A stretch of 64,000 bases of DNA, taken from NCBI GenBank assembly GCA_963789395.1, contig CAWBKP010000013.1, positions 160,001-224,000 on the forward strand, in the 5' to 3' direction. The DNA is from an uncultured delta proteobacterium. GTDB lineage: Bacteria > Desulfobacterota > Desulfobacteria > Desulfobacterales > Desulfatirhabdiaceae. Position numbers and translations under genes: made by a program. Shown piece after piece: positions 18,976 through 31,115 of this stretch (its first letter is position 1; every line of letters begins with the position of its first letter). Below the pieces are notes generated by a model. That model saw only the letters and a program-made list of their open reading frames with translations. It made no database searches and had not been told where the DNA came from.

Positions 18976-19308
18976 CTATCGAATCCACCCGCCGATCAAA
19001 TGCAGATGAAGGTGAAAGACCATCTGGCCGCCGCCGCGCTCGACATTAAATAGAAGCTTGTACCCCGATTCATTGACCCCCACCTCTTTTGCCATGTTCC
19101 TGGCCGCCATGATCAGTTCCGATACCAGCGGCAGGTCGGCTGCGGTCAGGTCGTTGACGCTGCGGATATGCTGTTTGGGGACAATCAGCAGATGTACCGG
19201 TGCATGGGGTTTGATGTCTTTGAAAACCACTAGATTCTGGTTCTTATACAGCAGTTCCGTGGCTGTTTTTTCATTGGCAATGTTACAGAAGATACAATCT
19301 GTCTCCAT
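18976..19308 (-). CDS. HIT family nucleotide-binding protein
   Basis: CIFC and HLHLH triad. Confidence 0.93.
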   Translation of the reverse strand: METDCIFCNIANEKTATELLYKNQNLVVFKDIKPHAPVHLLIVPKQHIRSVNDLTAADLPLVSELIMAARNMAKEVGVNESGYKLLFNVERGGGQMVFHLHLHLIGGWIR

Positions 19309-19357
19309 AAATAATCCTCCCTGTATTGTATGAAAGCGTTAATCAATAGATGATAAA

Positions 19358-20071
19358 TTAAAATGATAACAATATGATATCTTCCGTTGAATCCCCCCAG
19401 TTGCCTTTTTGGGTTGGCGATGCCAATGCCAGTTCCAATTCAGCCAGGAACCGTTTTCTGGGGATTTCCGTTGCGCCCAGCCGGACCAGATGCTGTGTGG
19501 TCACCTGGCAGTCAATGAGGGTGAAATTCCATTTTTTAAGAAGCCGCACAAGGGTCGCCAGTCCGACTTTGGAGGCGTTGTTTTTGCGGGAAAACATGGA
19601 TTCTCCAAAAAAGCATTGTCCCAATGAGACGCCGTACAGGCCGCCTGCCAGCTCTCCCTTCTGGTCCCAGACCTCCACCGAATGGGCAAAGCCGGCCTCA
19701 TGGAGCCGGCGATAGGCATCCACCATATCTGCGGTGATCCAGGTTCCCCGCTGTTTTTCACGGGGAGCGGCGGCGCATGCTTCGATCACCCGGGCAAAAT
19801 CCCGATCCAGGGTGACAGCAAAACATCTGTGTTTAAGGGTTTTCATCAGGCTGCGGGAAACGTGCAGCGCATCGGGATACAACACGAGCCTCGGGTCCGG
19901 TGACCACCAGAGAATAGGATCTCCCTTGGCATACCAGGGGAAAATACCCATACGGTAGGCCAGAACGAGGCGCTCGATGCTCAGATCGCCGCCGACTGCC
20001 AGAAGCCCGTCTTCCCGGGACAATTCCGGTTCCGGAAAAATGAGTTGATCTGGCAATCGAAATACCGGCAT
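19358..20071 (-). CDS. aat: Leucyl/phenylalanyl-tRNA-protein transferase
   Basis: [21 protein letters not shown] and GESMFS motifs. Confidence 0.96.
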   Translation of the reverse strand: MPVFRLPDQLIFPEPELSREDGLLAVGGDLSIERLVLAYRMGIFPWYAKGDPILWWSPDPRLVLYPDALHVSRSLMKTLKHRCFAVTLDRDFARVIEACAAAPREKQRGTWITADMVDAYRRLHEAGFAHSVEVWDQKGELAGGLYGVSLGQCFFGESMFSRKNNASKVGLATLVRLLKKWNFTLIDCQVTTQHLVRLGATEIPRKRFLAELELALASPTQKGNWGDSTEDIILLSF

Positions 20072-20073
20072 GT

Positions 20074-22323
20074 TTACGGACGCAGGGGTTCTGTCTCAAA
20101 CGTGAGATTTTCGCCGTCCAGCCCGACCTGAACGGTTCCGCCTTTTTCAAGATTGCCGAAAAGAATGCGGTCGGAGAGCACATCCTTGATCTGAACCTGA
20201 ATCAGGCGCGATAAAGGTCTTGCACCATACTGGGAATCATATCCTTTTTTGGCAAGCCAGATTCTGGCTTCGGGTAAAAGCCGGATGTGTATCTTTCTGG
20301 GTGAAAGTTGGGCATTGATTTCAGCCATGAACTTGTCAACCACTTTTTCCATGATTTCGATACTGAGTGATTGAAAGGAGATAATGGCATCCAGCCGGTT
20401 TCGGAATTCCGGACTGAAACATTTTTCAACCGCTTTCATGCCCTTGTCCAGTGAATCGGATCTCGTGTCTCCGAATCCGATGGTCTGCGTATTCATCTCA
20501 CGGCTTCCGGCATTGGATGTCATGATGACGATCGTGTTTCTGAAATCCGCTTTTTTACCGTTGTTGTCGGTCAGGGTGGCGTAATCCAGAACCTGAAGCA
20601 GGATATTGAAAATATCCGGATGCGCTTTTTCAATTTCATCCAGCAGCAGCACCCCATGCGGATGTTTTCGAATGTCGTCGGTCAACAGTCCGCCCTGGTC
20701 AAACCCGATATAGCCGGGAGGTGCCCCGATGAGCCGGGCAACCGTATGCTTTTCCATGTATTCGCTCATGTCATAGCGCGAAAACGATATGCCCAGAGCC
20801 GTTGCCACCTGTCTGGCCAGCTCGGTTTTTCCCACGCCGGTGGGGCCGGTAAACAAAAAAGAGCCCACCGGTCGATCCGGTGCACCCAATCCGGCCCGGG
20901 ACCGTTTGATAGCGGTCACCATTGCTCGGATGGCGTCATTCTGGCCGTATACGACCTGCTTCAATTGGTCTTCAAGGGTTTCAAGCCGCACCCGGTCGGA
21001 TGTGTTCACCCGGATTTCCGGAATCCTGGCAATTTTGGCTACTATTTTTTCAATGTCCGCAGGGTGGATTTTTTTCCGGTGCTTATACCCGGAAAGTCTG
21101 ACCCATGCGCCTGCCTCGTCCATGACATCGATGGCCTTGTCCGGCAGAAACCGGTCATTGATGTGTTTGTCGGAAAGTCTGGCCGCCGCCTTCAGCGCGG
21201 CATCGGTATACACGATTTTGTGGTGCTCCTCATAACGGGATCTGAGGCCTTTCAGAATGTCGATGGTCTCGGAAACCGACGGCTCGATAATATCAATTTT
21301 TTCAAACCGCCGGGACAATGCCCGGTCTTTCTGGAAATGATTTTTGTATTCTTCATAGGTGGTTGAGCCGATGCAGCGAAATTCCCCGCTGGCAAGAGCG
21401 GGTTTGAGGATATTGGAGGCATCCATGGAACCGCCGCTGGTGGCTCCCGCACCCACAATGGTATGAATCTCATCAATAAAGAGAACGGCATCTTTCTGAT
21501 TGCCAAGGGCATCGATCACGCCTTTGAGCCGCTGCTCAAAATCTCCCCGGAACCGGGTTCCGGCCAGAAGCGATCCCATGTCCAGAGAAAAAATCGTCAG
21601 GCCTTTGATGGGTTCAGGGACTTTCCCCTCGAAAATTTTCAGGGCCAGGCCTTCGGCCATTGCGGTTTTCCCGACGCCCGGATCTCCCACATAAACGGGG
21701 TTGTTTTTTCGCCTGCGGCAGAGAATCTGAATGGTTCTTTCAATTTCGATTTCCCGGCCGATCAACGGATCTATCTTGCCATCGGCTGCAGCACGCGTCA
21801 GATTCAGCGTGTACAGTTCAATGGGGTCTGTTTTTTTGGGCTTGTCCGGTTTTTCGGTCTTTGTTCCTGGATCCGGGTTCCGGATCAACGGGTGAGGGGC
21901 GGCGTCATGCGAAATATAGCTTAAAATATCCAGCCGGCTGATTCCCTGTTCATTGAGAAAAAAAGCGGCAAATGAGTCCTTTTCCAGAAAAATAGATGCC
22001 AGGATGTCGCTGACAGCCACTTCCTGCTTTTCGGCGGAACGCACATGGTTGACGGCGCGTTGAATGACCCGCTGAAAGGCAAGGGTCTGCTGAAGCACAT
22101 AATCCCGGTCTTCAGCAATTTTTTCCATCCGTTCTTCAAAAAACTGCTCCAGGGATGCCATCAGACTTTGTACGTTTCCCCCGCAGTTTTCGATGGTTTC
22201 AATGCCGCTGCTGTCATGCAGTACCGCAAACAGAATATGTTCGACCGAAACGTATTCATGCCGGCGTCTCTTTGCTTCACGTACGGCAAACCCGAGGGTT
22301 TCACTGAGTTCTTTACTGATCAT
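20074..22323 (-). CDS. clpA: ATP-dependent Clp protease ATP-binding subunit ClpA
   Basis: Two AAA+ modules ([16 protein letters not shown]), no middle domain, IGF loop; located between clpS and aat. Confidence 0.96.
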   Translation of the reverse strand: MISKELSETLGFAVREAKRRRHEYVSVEHILFAVLHDSSGIETIENCGGNVQSLMASLEQFFEERMEKIAEDRDYVLQQTLAFQRVIQRAVNHVRSAEKQEVAVSDILASIFLEKDSFAAFFLNEQGISRLDILSYISHDAAPHPLIRNPDPGTKTEKPDKPKKTDPIELYTLNLTRAAADGKIDPLIGREIEIERTIQILCRRRKNNPVYVGDPGVGKTAMAEGLALKIFEGKVPEPIKGLTIFSLDMGSLLAGTRFRGDFEQRLKGVIDALGNQKDAVLFIDEIHTIVGAGATSGGSMDASNILKPALASGEFRCIGSTTYEEYKNHFQKDRALSRRFEKIDIIEPSVSETIDILKGLRSRYEEHHKIVYTDAALKAAARLSDKHINDRFLPDKAIDVMDEAGAWVRLSGYKHRKKIHPADIEKIVAKIARIPEIRVNTSDRVRLETLEDQLKQVVYGQNDAIRAMVTAIKRSRAGLGAPDRPVGSFLFTGPTGVGKTELARQVATALGISFSRYDMSEYMEKHTVARLIGAPPGYIGFDQGGLLTDDIRKHPHGVLLLDEIEKAHPDIFNILLQVLDYATLTDNNGKKADFRNTIVIMTSNAGSREMNTQTIGFGDTRSDSLDKGMKAVEKCFSPEFRNRLDAIISFQSLSIEIMEKVVDKFMAEINAQLSPRKIHIRLLPEARIWLAKKGYDSQYGARPLSRLIQVQIKDVLSDRILFGNLEKGGTVQVGLDGENLTFETEPLRP

Positions 22324-22326
22324 GGT

Positions 22327-22701
22327 TCACACTTCCTCCAGGTCGCATCGCAGCGGAAACCCCCGTTCCTTTGCAAGGGAATGGACGGTTTCCACCTTTG
22401 TTTCAGCGATTTCAAGGGGATAAACCCCGCAAACCCCGACGCCTTTATGATGGACATTCAACATGATTTCCGTTGCCGCTTCAAGCGATTTGGCGAATAC
22501 ATGCATCAGGATTTCGACGACGAATTCCATGGTGGTGTAATCGTCATTGAGCAGGAGCACCTTGAACATCGACGGTTCTTTGACAAGTTCCTGAGTGTCC
22601 TCATCAATGCCGCCTTCCATTTCCGGATGGAATGGATCCGACCCGGCGGGTTCCGCCTGGCATTTTATATGAAGCGCTGCATGGGGTTTCATCGGTATCA
22701 T
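22327..22701 (-). CDS. clpS: Clp protease adaptor ClpS
   Basis: VLLLNDDYTTMEFV and GFPLRC motifs; start uncertain. Confidence 0.95.
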   Translation of the reverse strand: MIPMKPHAALHIKCQAEPAGSDPFHPEMEGGIDEDTQELVKEPSMFKVLLLNDDYTTMEFVVEILMHVFAKSLEAATEIMLNVHHKGVGVCGVYPLEIAETKVETVHSLAKERGFPLRCDLEEV

Positions 22702-22730
22702 TCACAAAACATCCTTGTTATGGGCTGTTT

Positions 22731-25256
22731 TTACTTTCCGCAGCATTTTTTAAATTTTTTCCCGCTTCCGCACGGACAGGGATCGTTTCGGCCAGTTTTT
22801 TCATTTGCCCGGCGAACCGGCTTTTTTTTCTGCGGTTCACCGTCGGAACCGGAAAAAATCAGGTTCTGCTCCCGTGGTTTATGGATTTCTTCGATTTTAT
22901 CCGGCTCAGCAGGCTGTATGCGAAACAGAATGGAAAGGGTCTGCTCCTGAATGCGGGAGATCATTTCCTGAAACATCTCAAACCCCTCTTTTTTATACAC
23001 GATCAGCGGATTCTGCTGGGCATACCCCCTGAGTCCGATACCTTCCTTCAGGTGATCCATGGACAGCAGGTGGTCCTTCCAGAGGGTGTCGACCGTGTTG
23101 AGCATCACATAACGTTCCAGTTGCCTGAAATTTTCTTCTCCGATTTCGCCTTCCTTTTTCGCATATAACTCAAAGGCAGTGGCTGCGATGGTTTCCGCAA
23201 GCCCGTCGGGATTCAGCCCATCCAGCAAGTCATCGGTGATATTGATATGAAAATTGTACTGGTTGAATACGGCTTCATCAATGCCTTTGAAATTCCATTC
23301 CTCGGGTGCGATTTTTTCATCCGCGAAGGTTTCGGCGATTTCCTCGGCCTTATCCCGGATCATGTCTTCGATAGCCGGTTTCAGGCTTTTCCCGTTCAGC
23401 GCTTCGCGGCGTTGTCTGTAAATGACTTCACGCTGCTGGTTCATCACGTCATCATATTCGATCAGGTGTTTTCGAATATCAAAATTGTGCGCCTCCACCT
23501 TGGACTGGGCGTTCTCAATGGCCCGGCTGATCAGGTTATGCTCGATGGGCTCGCCTTCCTCCATGCCCAGCTTCTCCATGATGCTGGTCATTCGCTCGCC
23601 TCCGAAGATCCGCAGCAGATCGTCTTCCAGGGCCATGTAAAACCGGGATGATCCCGGATCTCCCTGTCTGCCGGAACGGCCTCGAAGCTGATTGTCGATG
23701 CGCCGGCTCTCGTGGCGTTCCGTGCCGATGATGCGAAGCCCGCCAAGCTCTGTCACGCCTTCTCCCAGCACGATGTCCGTACCGCGGCCCGCCATGTTGG
23801 TGGATATGGTCACCGCACCTTTCTGACCGGCCATGGATACGATTTCAGCTTCTTTCTCATGGTTTTTGGCATTCAGAACCGTATGGGGAATTCCCTTTTT
23901 TTTCAGTTTCTGGCTGAGGTCCTCGGACACATCAATGGAAATGGTGCCAACCAGAACCGGCTGGCCTTTTTTATGAAGCTCGGCGATATCATGCATGACG
24001 GCTTCAAATTTTTCTTTTTTGGTTTTATAGATCACATCCGGAAAATCATGCCGGATCATGGGCTTATGAGTGGGAATCACCGAAACATCCAGGTTGTAAA
24101 TTTTCTTGAACTCCGCTGCTTCGGTATCGGCCGTGCCGGTCATGCCGGCCAGCTTCTCGTACATTCTAAAGTAATTCTGAAAGGTAATCGTGGCAAGGGT
24201 CTGATTTTCGTTTTCGATTTTAACGTTTTCCTTGGCTTCGAGGGCCTGGTGAAGGCCTTCGCTGTAACGCCTTCCGGGCATGAGCCGCCCGGTGAATTCG
24301 TCAACGATGATGACTTCCCCTTCCTTGACGATATAGTCCACATCCCGTTTGAACAGGGTGTGGGCCTTCAGTGCCTGATTGATGTGGTGAAGCGTTTCGA
24401 TATTGCGGGGATCGTAGAGATTTTCCACCTTGATCAGCTGCTCGGCCTTGGCCACCCCGTCTTCTGTGAGGACAGCGGACCGTGCTTTTTCATCGATGGC
24501 ATAATCCACATCCCGGGAAAGGCGGGGGATGATGGTATTGATCTCATAATAGAGGTGGGTGGATTTTTCCGCCTGGCCGGAGATGATCAGCGGGGTTCTG
24601 GCCTCGTCAATAAGGATGCTGTCCACTTCATCCACGATGGCGTAATGGAGATCCCCCTGTACGATGCTCTCCTTGTAGAATTTCATGTTGTCTCTCAGAT
24701 AATCAAATCCGAACTCATTGTTGGTTCCGTAAGTGATGTCCGAGTGGTAGGCGCTCTGGCGCTCCGGGTCGTCCAGGCCATGGAGAATGCATCCGACCGA
24801 AAGGCCCAAAAAATTGTACACTTTCCCCATCCATTCGGTGTCTCGTCTGGCCAAATAGTCGTTTACGGTAATGATGTGAACCCCTTTGCCGGTCAGGGAA
24901 TTCAGATAGGCCGGAAGGGTGGCGGCAAGGGTTTTGCCTTCACCGGTCTTCATTTCCGCGATTTTCCCCTGATGCAGCACCATGCCGCCGATCAGCTGAG
25001 CATCGAAGTGGCGCATTTTCAGGGTGCGGACCGAGGCCTCCCGGACGGTTGCAAAAGCTTCCGGGAGTAGCTCATCCAGACTTTCGCCCTTATCAATGCG
25101 TTCCTTGAAGCGCAGGGTCTGGGCTTTGAGTTCATCGTCGTTGAGGGCTTTGAGGGCCGGCTCAAAGGAATTGATCTGGTCCACCACAGGCCAGAGCTTT
25201 TTTAACTCCCGTTCATTTTTGCTTCCGAATATTTTTGTTAACCAGTCGAAAAACAT
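22731..25256 (-). CDS. secA: Preprotein translocase subunit SecA
   Basis: [21 protein letters not shown] and C-terminal [22 protein letters not shown]. Confidence 0.98.
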   Translation of the reverse strand: MFFDWLTKIFGSKNERELKKLWPVVDQINSFEPALKALNDDELKAQTLRFKERIDKGESLDELLPEAFATVREASVRTLKMRHFDAQLIGGMVLHQGKIAEMKTGEGKTLAATLPAYLNSLTGKGVHIITVNDYLARRDTEWMGKVYNFLGLSVGCILHGLDDPERQSAYHSDITYGTNNEFGFDYLRDNMKFYKESIVQGDLHYAIVDEVDSILIDEARTPLIISGQAEKSTHLYYEINTIIPRLSRDVDYAIDEKARSAVLTEDGVAKAEQLIKVENLYDPRNIETLHHINQALKAHTLFKRDVDYIVKEGEVIIVDEFTGRLMPGRRYSEGLHQALEAKENVKIENENQTLATITFQNYFRMYEKLAGMTGTADTEAAEFKKIYNLDVSVIPTHKPMIRHDFPDVIYKTKKEKFEAVMHDIAELHKKGQPVLVGTISIDVSEDLSQKLKKKGIPHTVLNAKNHEKEAEIVSMAGQKGAVTISTNMAGRGTDIVLGEGVTELGGLRIIGTERHESRRIDNQLRGRSGRQGDPGSSRFYMALEDDLLRIFGGERMTSIMEKLGMEEGEPIEHNLISRAIENAQSKVEAHNFDIRKHLIEYDDVMNQQREVIYRQRREALNGKSLKPAIEDMIRDKAEEIAETFADEKIAPEEWNFKGIDEAVFNQYNFHINITDDLLDGLNPDGLAETIAATAFELYAKKEGEIGEENFRQLERYVMLNTVDTLWKDHLLSMDHLKEGIGLRGYAQQNPLIVYKKEGFEMFQEMISRIQEQTLSILFRIQPAEPDKIEEIHKPREQNLIFSGSDGEPQKKKPVRRANEKTGRNDPCPCGSGKKFKKCCGK

Positions 25257-25368
25257 GTAAATGTGAATTCCTTTATGTGAAAGAAGTCAGAAGTGGAAAA
25301 TCCATCCTCCGAATTGTTGTTGTCTGTGATTATTTGCTCAGGGCGCCGCCCTGATTCAGTGCAGTCCC

Positions 25369-25935
25369 TCAGCCCTTGATGGAACAGGCTTCAGGGGCAT
25401 CGACCATATTTTCCACATTGGCGCCGAAAGGTTGAGACGCCAGTTCGGTCTTATCCGACAGAATCATTTCCGCAGCAATCTTGGCAGACTCGGTAATGAT
25501 TTCCCGACAGTGCAGGGCATGGTCGCGGCAGAGCCAGTTTTCTTTCCAGGGCTGGGTAATATCCCGGCAAAGGGTGCTTCCGAATTTGTCCTTGATCCGG
25601 TTGGGGATCTGATTGAAAAGCCGATACAGGCCGGGTTTGCCGTACAGTTCCTGGGCCGCCTTTTTGGAAGTTTCTTTGGGGTCGCCTTCCGGAATCGTGC
25701 TTCTGCCGTGGACGGCTCCAACCGCCAGAATCGCTCCGGCAATGGCGCCGCAGGAATCGCCGTACAGCCCGACGCCCCCGCCGAAACCGGTGGCCAGTTT
25801 CTGAATCTCTTTGGGTAGGCCGGTTTCAACCAGATTCACTACGGCCTCCACCACGCATTCCGCGCAGTTGAATCCTTTTGAAAAATTTTTTCTGGCCCGA
25901 AGGGTGATGGCCTCGATTTGTTCGTCCTGTGTCAT
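25369..25935 (-). CDS. C-GCAxxG-C-C family putative redox protein
   Basis: NCAE, GFGGG, CGAIAG and two further Cys. Confidence 0.85.
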   Translation of the reverse strand: MTQDEQIEAITLRARKNFSKGFNCAECVVEAVVNLVETGLPKEIQKLATGFGGGVGLYGDSCGAIAGAILAVGAVHGRSTIPEGDPKETSKKAAQELYGKPGLYRLFNQIPNRIKDKFGSTLCRDITQPWKENWLCRDHALHCREIITESAKIAAEMILSDKTELASQPFGANVENMVDAPEACSIKG

Positions 25936-25967
25936 GTGGATTTCCTTTTCAGTATTTATTATTTTAT

Positions 25968-27164
25968 CTATTGCATTAACCGGACGATTTTCCGCGCCAG
26001 ATCCATGGAACTGGTAAATGCCGGTGAAATGGGGTTCAGAAGATGCAGGCAGGCCCCGTCCTGAATTACCTGAAAATCCTGAACCAGCTCTCCGGTGTTC
26101 CAGTCCACGAGCTGTGCCCGGATTCCCACTTTTGCTGAAGGTTCCACCTCGGAAGGGTCCAGGACTTTTACCAGCGCGGCCGCGTCCTGAAAAAACCAGG
26201 GGAAAAAATATTTCCTGGGCTCGGTCAAAGCCACGGTTCGAAACTGCGGGTTATTCAGGAAAAGATGCGCATCACTGAGCAAAATATCAATGGCTTCCGT
26301 ATCAATTCCTTCAAAAACGCCGTAATTTTCACGGCCGAATGCCGGAATTGCCGTGGGTCCCAGGTAGACATCTCCATGAATATTCCGGGTAAAATGTACG
26401 CCCAGAAACGGATTGCGAATGTCCGGAACCGGGTAGATACTGCCCCGGACCCGCCAGGCGCTGTTTTTTTTTAGCTTGCGGTAGATGCCTTTGAAGGGAA
26501 TCAGCCGATAATGGGTTCCGATGCCGAATGCCTTTGAAATGCGATCGCAATGGGCGCCCGCGGCATTGATGAACCGCTCGAACCGGATCCTGCCGCACTG
26601 CGTCTGAACCAAATTGCTGCCGGCAACGGATTCAAATGCGCAGTTGAAGAAAAACCGAACGTTCCCAGACCCTTCCAGGTCGTTTTTCAGCGATTTCAGA
26701 ATTTTTTGCGGGTCCACAACCGCGGTATAATGGGAAAAAATCGCCTTTTGAACGGTCCTGGCATTGGGCTCGATTTCCGCCAGTTCTTTTTCATCAAGCA
26801 GATCCACTTTCGCGCCATTGGCAAGGGCCCGTTCATACAGGGTCTGAAGCACGGGAAGTTCATCCTGGCTTCGGGCGACGATGACTTTTCCGGTTTCCAG
26901 AAGCGGAAGCTGTTTCTCCCGGCAGTAGGCTTTCATCAGAAAATTGCCGTTCAGGCAGGACCTGGCCTTCAAGCTGTCCGGGGCATAATAAATGCCGGCA
27001 TGCAGTACCCCGCTGTTGCGGCCGGAGGCATGCTTTCCGGTCTCCGCTTCTTTTTCTATGACGACAATGTTCCGCCGGCCGTTCTGGACCAGTTCTCTTG
27101 CGATCGTCAGGCCCATGATGCCGGCGCCGACAATCAGGACATCTGCTTCAATGGCAGGTATCAT
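25968..27164 (-). CDS. lhgO: L-2-hydroxyglutarate oxidase family FAD enzyme
   Basis: GAGIMG, SGRNSGVLHAGIYY, YPVPD..PFLGVHFT and SPAFT motifs. Confidence 0.85.
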   Translation of the reverse strand: MIPAIEADVLIVGAGIMGLTIARELVQNGRRNIVVIEKEAETGKHASGRNSGVLHAGIYYAPDSLKARSCLNGNFLMKAYCREKQLPLLETGKVIVARSQDELPVLQTLYERALANGAKVDLLDEKELAEIEPNARTVQKAIFSHYTAVVDPQKILKSLKNDLEGSGNVRFFFNCAFESVAGSNLVQTQCGRIRFERFINAAGAHCDRISKAFGIGTHYRLIPFKGIYRKLKKNSAWRVRGSIYPVPDIRNPFLGVHFTRNIHGDVYLGPTAIPAFGRENYGVFEGIDTEAIDILLSDAHLFLNNPQFRTVALTEPRKYFFPWFFQDAAALVKVLDPSEVEPSAKVGIRAQLVDWNTGELVQDFQVIQDGACLHLLNPISPAFTSSMDLARKIVRLMQ

Positions 27165-27180
27165 GTTTTAAATCCTTTGA

Positions 27181-28176
27181 TCAGACGACTCCTGCGATAA
27201 TACCGGAGTCGTTCGGGCTGTCAATGGCAATCCGGTGAATATTGCGGACTCCGGCGCCGGCCAGCATGTCGCTGAGCTGCTGTTCGGAATAGGCCTGGCC
27301 GGATGAAGTGCCAAGGAGCATATTCAGTGAAAATAGGGCCGGAAAGAGCGGGCCGCTCATCTCGTTGTTGAGAATGAATTCGTGGATCAGGATCATGCCG
27401 CCCGGAGAAAGGGCGGAAACCGCCTTTTCAATGATCCGTTGGCAGTCTTTGGGCCCTTCGCCGTGCAGGATATGGGAAAGCCAGGCCACATCATACCTTC
27501 CTTGCACCGGATCTTCCAGATAACTGCCTGCCTGAAAGCGGATCCGGTCCGACAGACCGAATTTTCCGATGGTGGCTTCGGCAAAAGGCCGGGTGGTCGG
27601 CAGATCAAACACGACAGCCTCGATCTCCGGGTGTTGCAGGCAGAATTGAATGGCATAGGTTCCCGGACCTCCCCCCATATCCAGAAATGATCTGCGGCCT
27701 GAAAGATCGATTTCGGGAACGATCCGGGGCGCAAGCATCATGGCCATATTGAACATGCCCATGAGAAAGCTTTCCCTGGCATCGTCGCTGCTGTGCGTGG
27801 CCCGCGTTCGAACCGGGTTGCCGCTTAGAACCGCCTGATCGAGCTGACTCCAGGACGCGACCAGATGGTGATGATGTTTGATGATGTGTCCGATATAGCC
27901 GGGAGATGATTTGCTGAGAAACGCCTTGGCCTCGGGTGTATTGGCATAAATGTCGCCGGATTTCTCCAGAAGGTTCATGGCGGTCAGGGCATTCAGCAAC
28001 ATGGCCAGAGCTCTGGGGTCTGCCCGGAGTTGTTCCGCGATGTCCCCTGCAGATAGGCGCTTGTCTGCCATTACCGTAAATACATCCAGCTGTACCGCTG
28101 CATGAAGTGCGCAGGTTTTCCAGTATCCCCCGGATGTCTCCAAAAGCGTTCCCGGATTCCATTCTGCGTGTTCCAT
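27181..28176 (-). CDS. SAM-dependent O-methyltransferase with dimerisation domain
   Basis: LDMGGGPG, VFDLP and SHILH motifs. Confidence 0.88.
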   Translation of the reverse strand: MEHAEWNPGTLLETSGGYWKTCALHAAVQLDVFTVMADKRLSAGDIAEQLRADPRALAMLLNALTAMNLLEKSGDIYANTPEAKAFLSKSSPGYIGHIIKHHHHLVASWSQLDQAVLSGNPVRTRATHSSDDARESFLMGMFNMAMMLAPRIVPEIDLSGRRSFLDMGGGPGTYAIQFCLQHPEIEAVVFDLPTTRPFAEATIGKFGLSDRIRFQAGSYLEDPVQGRYDVAWLSHILHGEGPKDCQRIIEKAVSALSPGGMILIHEFILNNEMSGPLFPALFSLNMLLGTSSGQAYSEQQLSDMLAGAGVRNIHRIAIDSPNDSGIIAGVV

Positions 28177-28254
28177 AGCAATCTCCTTGTCAGATGGTGA
28201 CGAAAAAAATTGATAAAACTCAGGCGTTGATAGATATTTCTTCAGTATGCAGCC

Positions 28255-30153
28255 TCACGGAATCACTTCTTCAGCCGGCAGGGATTCGGGTGAAAACGCT
28301 ATCGTCAACTCATACACCCCGCTGGAGAGGGTAGCTTTAACAGCCTGTCCGCCTTTTTCAAACACCTTCATCATGGATTTGTTGGAGGTGAGTACATCCG
28401 CGGTAAAGCCCTGAAGCCCGCGTTCCTTTGCCAGACGGATCAACATGGCATAGAGGTAGCTGGCGATGCCAAGGCCCTGGTATTTTTCGTCGACAACAAA
28501 GGCCACATCGCCGTACGGTTTTTCCCGATGTTTTATAAATCTGGCTTCGGCGATGATCTGGCCCTCGCCCGTATCACCGATGACACCCACAATGGACAGG
28601 GTCTCACGAAAATCGACATTTACATATTGCTGCATTTTGGCATGGGGCATGGTTTTAATGGGAGAAAAATACCGGTAATACACCCCCTTATCGGAAAACC
28701 GGTAAAACAGGCGGCGCATTTCTTCTTCATCCGATGGACGGATGGCGCGAAATCTGACGGTTGTTCCCCCTTTGAAGGTATGCCGGGTGGATATTTCAGA
28801 CGGGTAGAGATGCGCGCTTTCAGCAATATAAATCTGGTCAGGATACAGAATGTTTTCCGCTTTGGCCTGTTCGATCAGTCCGGGCCGGTCATCGGGATGT
28901 GCGATTTCAATCAGCGCCTGTGCCCGTTCCCTCAGGGTCCGTCCTTTCAAAGATGCCACGCCATATTCGGTAACCACCAGGTTCACCGATTCCCGGATGC
29001 CGAGTTCATTGGGAAAATGCTCTACCGACAGCAGAATATTGGGCTCGTTTTTCAGGTTTCGGCTGGGAAGGGCAAATACGGTATAGCCGCCTCTTGAGAT
29101 TTCCGCTCCGTTCAGCATATCCATGGCCTCGCCCGGGCCGGCGGAGACATTCCCTTTGCCGATGTGAAAAGCGATCCGGCCGGAAATATCGACTTTCCGG
29201 GCCGGCAGAATCGCCACGAACCGGGGGTTTCGTCCGATCTGCATGGGACTGATCACCCGGTCTATTCCCTGAAACTCCACCAGCGGGTTTCGATTCAGCC
29301 AGGAGAGCATGGCCGGGGTTCCAAATCCGTAGCAGGCCAGGGATTTGCCGCGGAACGTGTTCTTGTAGCGGTTGGTGACAGCCCCGCTGGTCACCAGATC
29401 CATCAGCGCGTCTGTGAAAATGGCCGTGTGGATGCCAAGATGCCGCTTGCGGGACAGATGGGGGCTGAGGGCATCGAACAAGGACCCGATGGAATAAGCC
29501 AGGCAGCTGCCGTCTTCGATGATCGAAGCCACATTTTCCGCAACCCGGTCAATGATTTCATTCACCGGCCACCGGTCAAAATAGAGCGGCGGGTCTGTGG
29601 AATGCACGAGAAAATGAAAATCCGAAACCGGAACAAACGTATCGCCAAAGGTCTCTGGAATCAGGGAATTGATTTCTCCGATGACCAGAGAGGCCCGCTC
29701 CATGACTTGACGGGATACATCGCCCGCAATTCCGAGGCTGCAGTATCCGGCTTCATTTGGCGGCGTAATCTGAATAAAGGCGGCATCCACCGGAAGCTGG
29801 CCAGACTCGATGAGCAGGGGGATATCCGAAAACCGGCTGGGGATGAGATCCACGCGGCCTGTGGCGATTGCCTCTCCGGCCACCCAGCCGGAAAAAAAAG
29901 TTTTCAGGCGGTATCTTTGGGATTGAAGGGATTGAAGGGAAATGGCATCGCCGAAACTGACGATCTGAATCAGTTCCAGGTCCATCAGGTTTCCGGCCTC
30001 CGATGCCATCAGGTGTTTGACCAGGGTTCTCGGCTCACCTACGCCGGTTCCCAGAAATATGCTCATTCCCGGTTCAATCTGCGCCAGAGCCTTTTCCGGA
30101 GAAACCACGCGGTTCTGCCAGCCTGTTATCGGAGACATTGTCTGATCCATCAC
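28255..30153 (-). CDS. Acetyl-CoA hydrolase/transferase fused to a C-terminal GNAT domain
   Basis: CoA-transferase fold (VVTEYG, ERAQALIEIAHPD) plus GNAT domain (FRAIRPSD, YQGLGIA). Confidence 0.85.
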   Translation of the reverse strand: MMDQTMSPITGWQNRVVSPEKALAQIEPGMSIFLGTGVGEPRTLVKHLMASEAGNLMDLELIQIVSFGDAISLQSLQSQRYRLKTFFSGWVAGEAIATGRVDLIPSRFSDIPLLIESGQLPVDAAFIQITPPNEAGYCSLGIAGDVSRQVMERASLVIGEINSLIPETFGDTFVPVSDFHFLVHSTDPPLYFDRWPVNEIIDRVAENVASIIEDGSCLAYSIGSLFDALSPHLSRKRHLGIHTAIFTDALMDLVTSGAVTNRYKNTFRGKSLACYGFGTPAMLSWLNRNPLVEFQGIDRVISPMQIGRNPRFVAILPARKVDISGRIAFHIGKGNVSAGPGEAMDMLNGAEISRGGYTVFALPSRNLKNEPNILLSVEHFPNELGIRESVNLVVTEYGVASLKGRTLRERAQALIEIAHPDDRPGLIEQAKAENILYPDQIYIAESAHLYPSEISTRHTFKGGTTVRFRAIRPSDEEEMRRLFYRFSDKGVYYRYFSPIKTMPHAKMQQYVNVDFRETLSIVGVIGDTGEGQIIAEARFIKHREKPYGDVAFVVDEKYQGLGIASYLYAMLIRLAKERGLQGFTADVLTSNKSMMKVFEKGGQAVKATLSSGVYELTIAFSPESLPAEEVIP

Positions 30154-30170
30154 AATTGCGATTCCTGAAC

Positions 30171-31115
30171 TTATTGTTTATCGATCCGGGTCAATCCGGC
30201 TTCCAGAGCGTACTGAAGCGCTTTTGCATGTTCCTGCGGTGTGATCTGTCTGCGAAGCGATTTCATGCTTCCGATGTCGCCGCTGGGATGATACTGGGCC
30301 ATGACGTTGACATAAGTGTCCGCTGACACCTTCGTTGCAATAAATTTCATGATTTCAAGTGTTTCCGAAAGGCCGCCGGGCATGACCAGGTGGCGGATCA
30401 GCAGGCCTCTTCTGGCCAGGCCGGAAGCATCCATGACCAGGTCCCCGACCTGTCGATGCATTTCCACTATAGCCTTTCTGGCCGCATCGGGATAATCGGG
30501 CGCGCCGCACGTGATATCCGAAGTGCGCGGATCCCAGAACTTGAAATCCGGCATGTAGATATCCACAACACCATCCAGAATTTGAAGGGTTTCCACGGCG
30601 TCATAAGCGCTGGAGTTATAGATCAGGGGAAGCGACAGACCTCTTTCGGCTGCCAGCAGCACCGCGGAGAGAATCTGGGGAACGACATGCGAAGGCGTCA
30701 CGAAATTGATGTTGTGGCAGCCTTCTTTCTGGAGTTCCAGCATCATATTGGCCAGTTCCATCTCTGAAACCGGTTTTCCCATGCCCTTGTGGCTGATTTC
30801 AAAATTCTGGCAGAAATTGCACTTCAAATTGCAGTGGGTAAAAAAAATGGTTCCGGACCCATACCGGCCAACCAGTGGAGATTCTTCTCCAAAATGGGCG
30901 TGGTATCCGTAAACAATGGCCTGCTCCGTGGTCCGGCAAATGCCTTTTTCGCCCGCTTTCCGGTTGACCCGGCATTTTCGGGGGCACAGCGTGCAGGATT
31001 GAAGCATAGCTGCCGCCTGCTGAATCTTTTCCCGCAGCAGGCCTTTTCCCCAGGTCTGAATATAACAGGGGGCATCGGAGCTCATAAGGATATATCCGGT
31101 GATGCCATAGGGCAT
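30171..31115 (-). CDS. Radical SAM protein, PflX family
   Basis: CTLCPRKC, HFGEE, CNLKCNFCQN and YMPDFK motifs. Confidence 0.88.
   Translation of the reverse strand: MPYGITGYILMSSDAPCYIQTWGKGLLREKIQQAAAMLQSCTLCPRKCRVNRKAGEKGICRTTEQAIVYGYHAHFGEESPLVGRYGSGTIFFTHCNLKCNFCQNFEISHKGMGKPVSEMELANMMLELQKEGCHNINFVTPSHVVPQILSAVLLAAERGLSLPLIYNSSAYDAVETLQILDGVVDIYMPDFKFWDPRTSDITCGAPDYPDAARKAIVEMHRQVGDLVMDASGLARRGLLIRHLVMPGGLSETLEIMKFIATKVSADTYVNVMAQYHPSGDIGSMKSLRRQITPQEHAKALQYALEAGLTRIDKQ

Noticed and set aside
19358..22701. clpS-clpA-aat cluster as a novel system
   Set aside because: This is the well-known N-end rule operon.
23712..25070. Long antisense ORFs (also 6414..7655, 5150..6154, 9145..10203, 29164..30168, 36550..37473)
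   Set aside because: Shadow frames of well-supported genes on the opposite strand.
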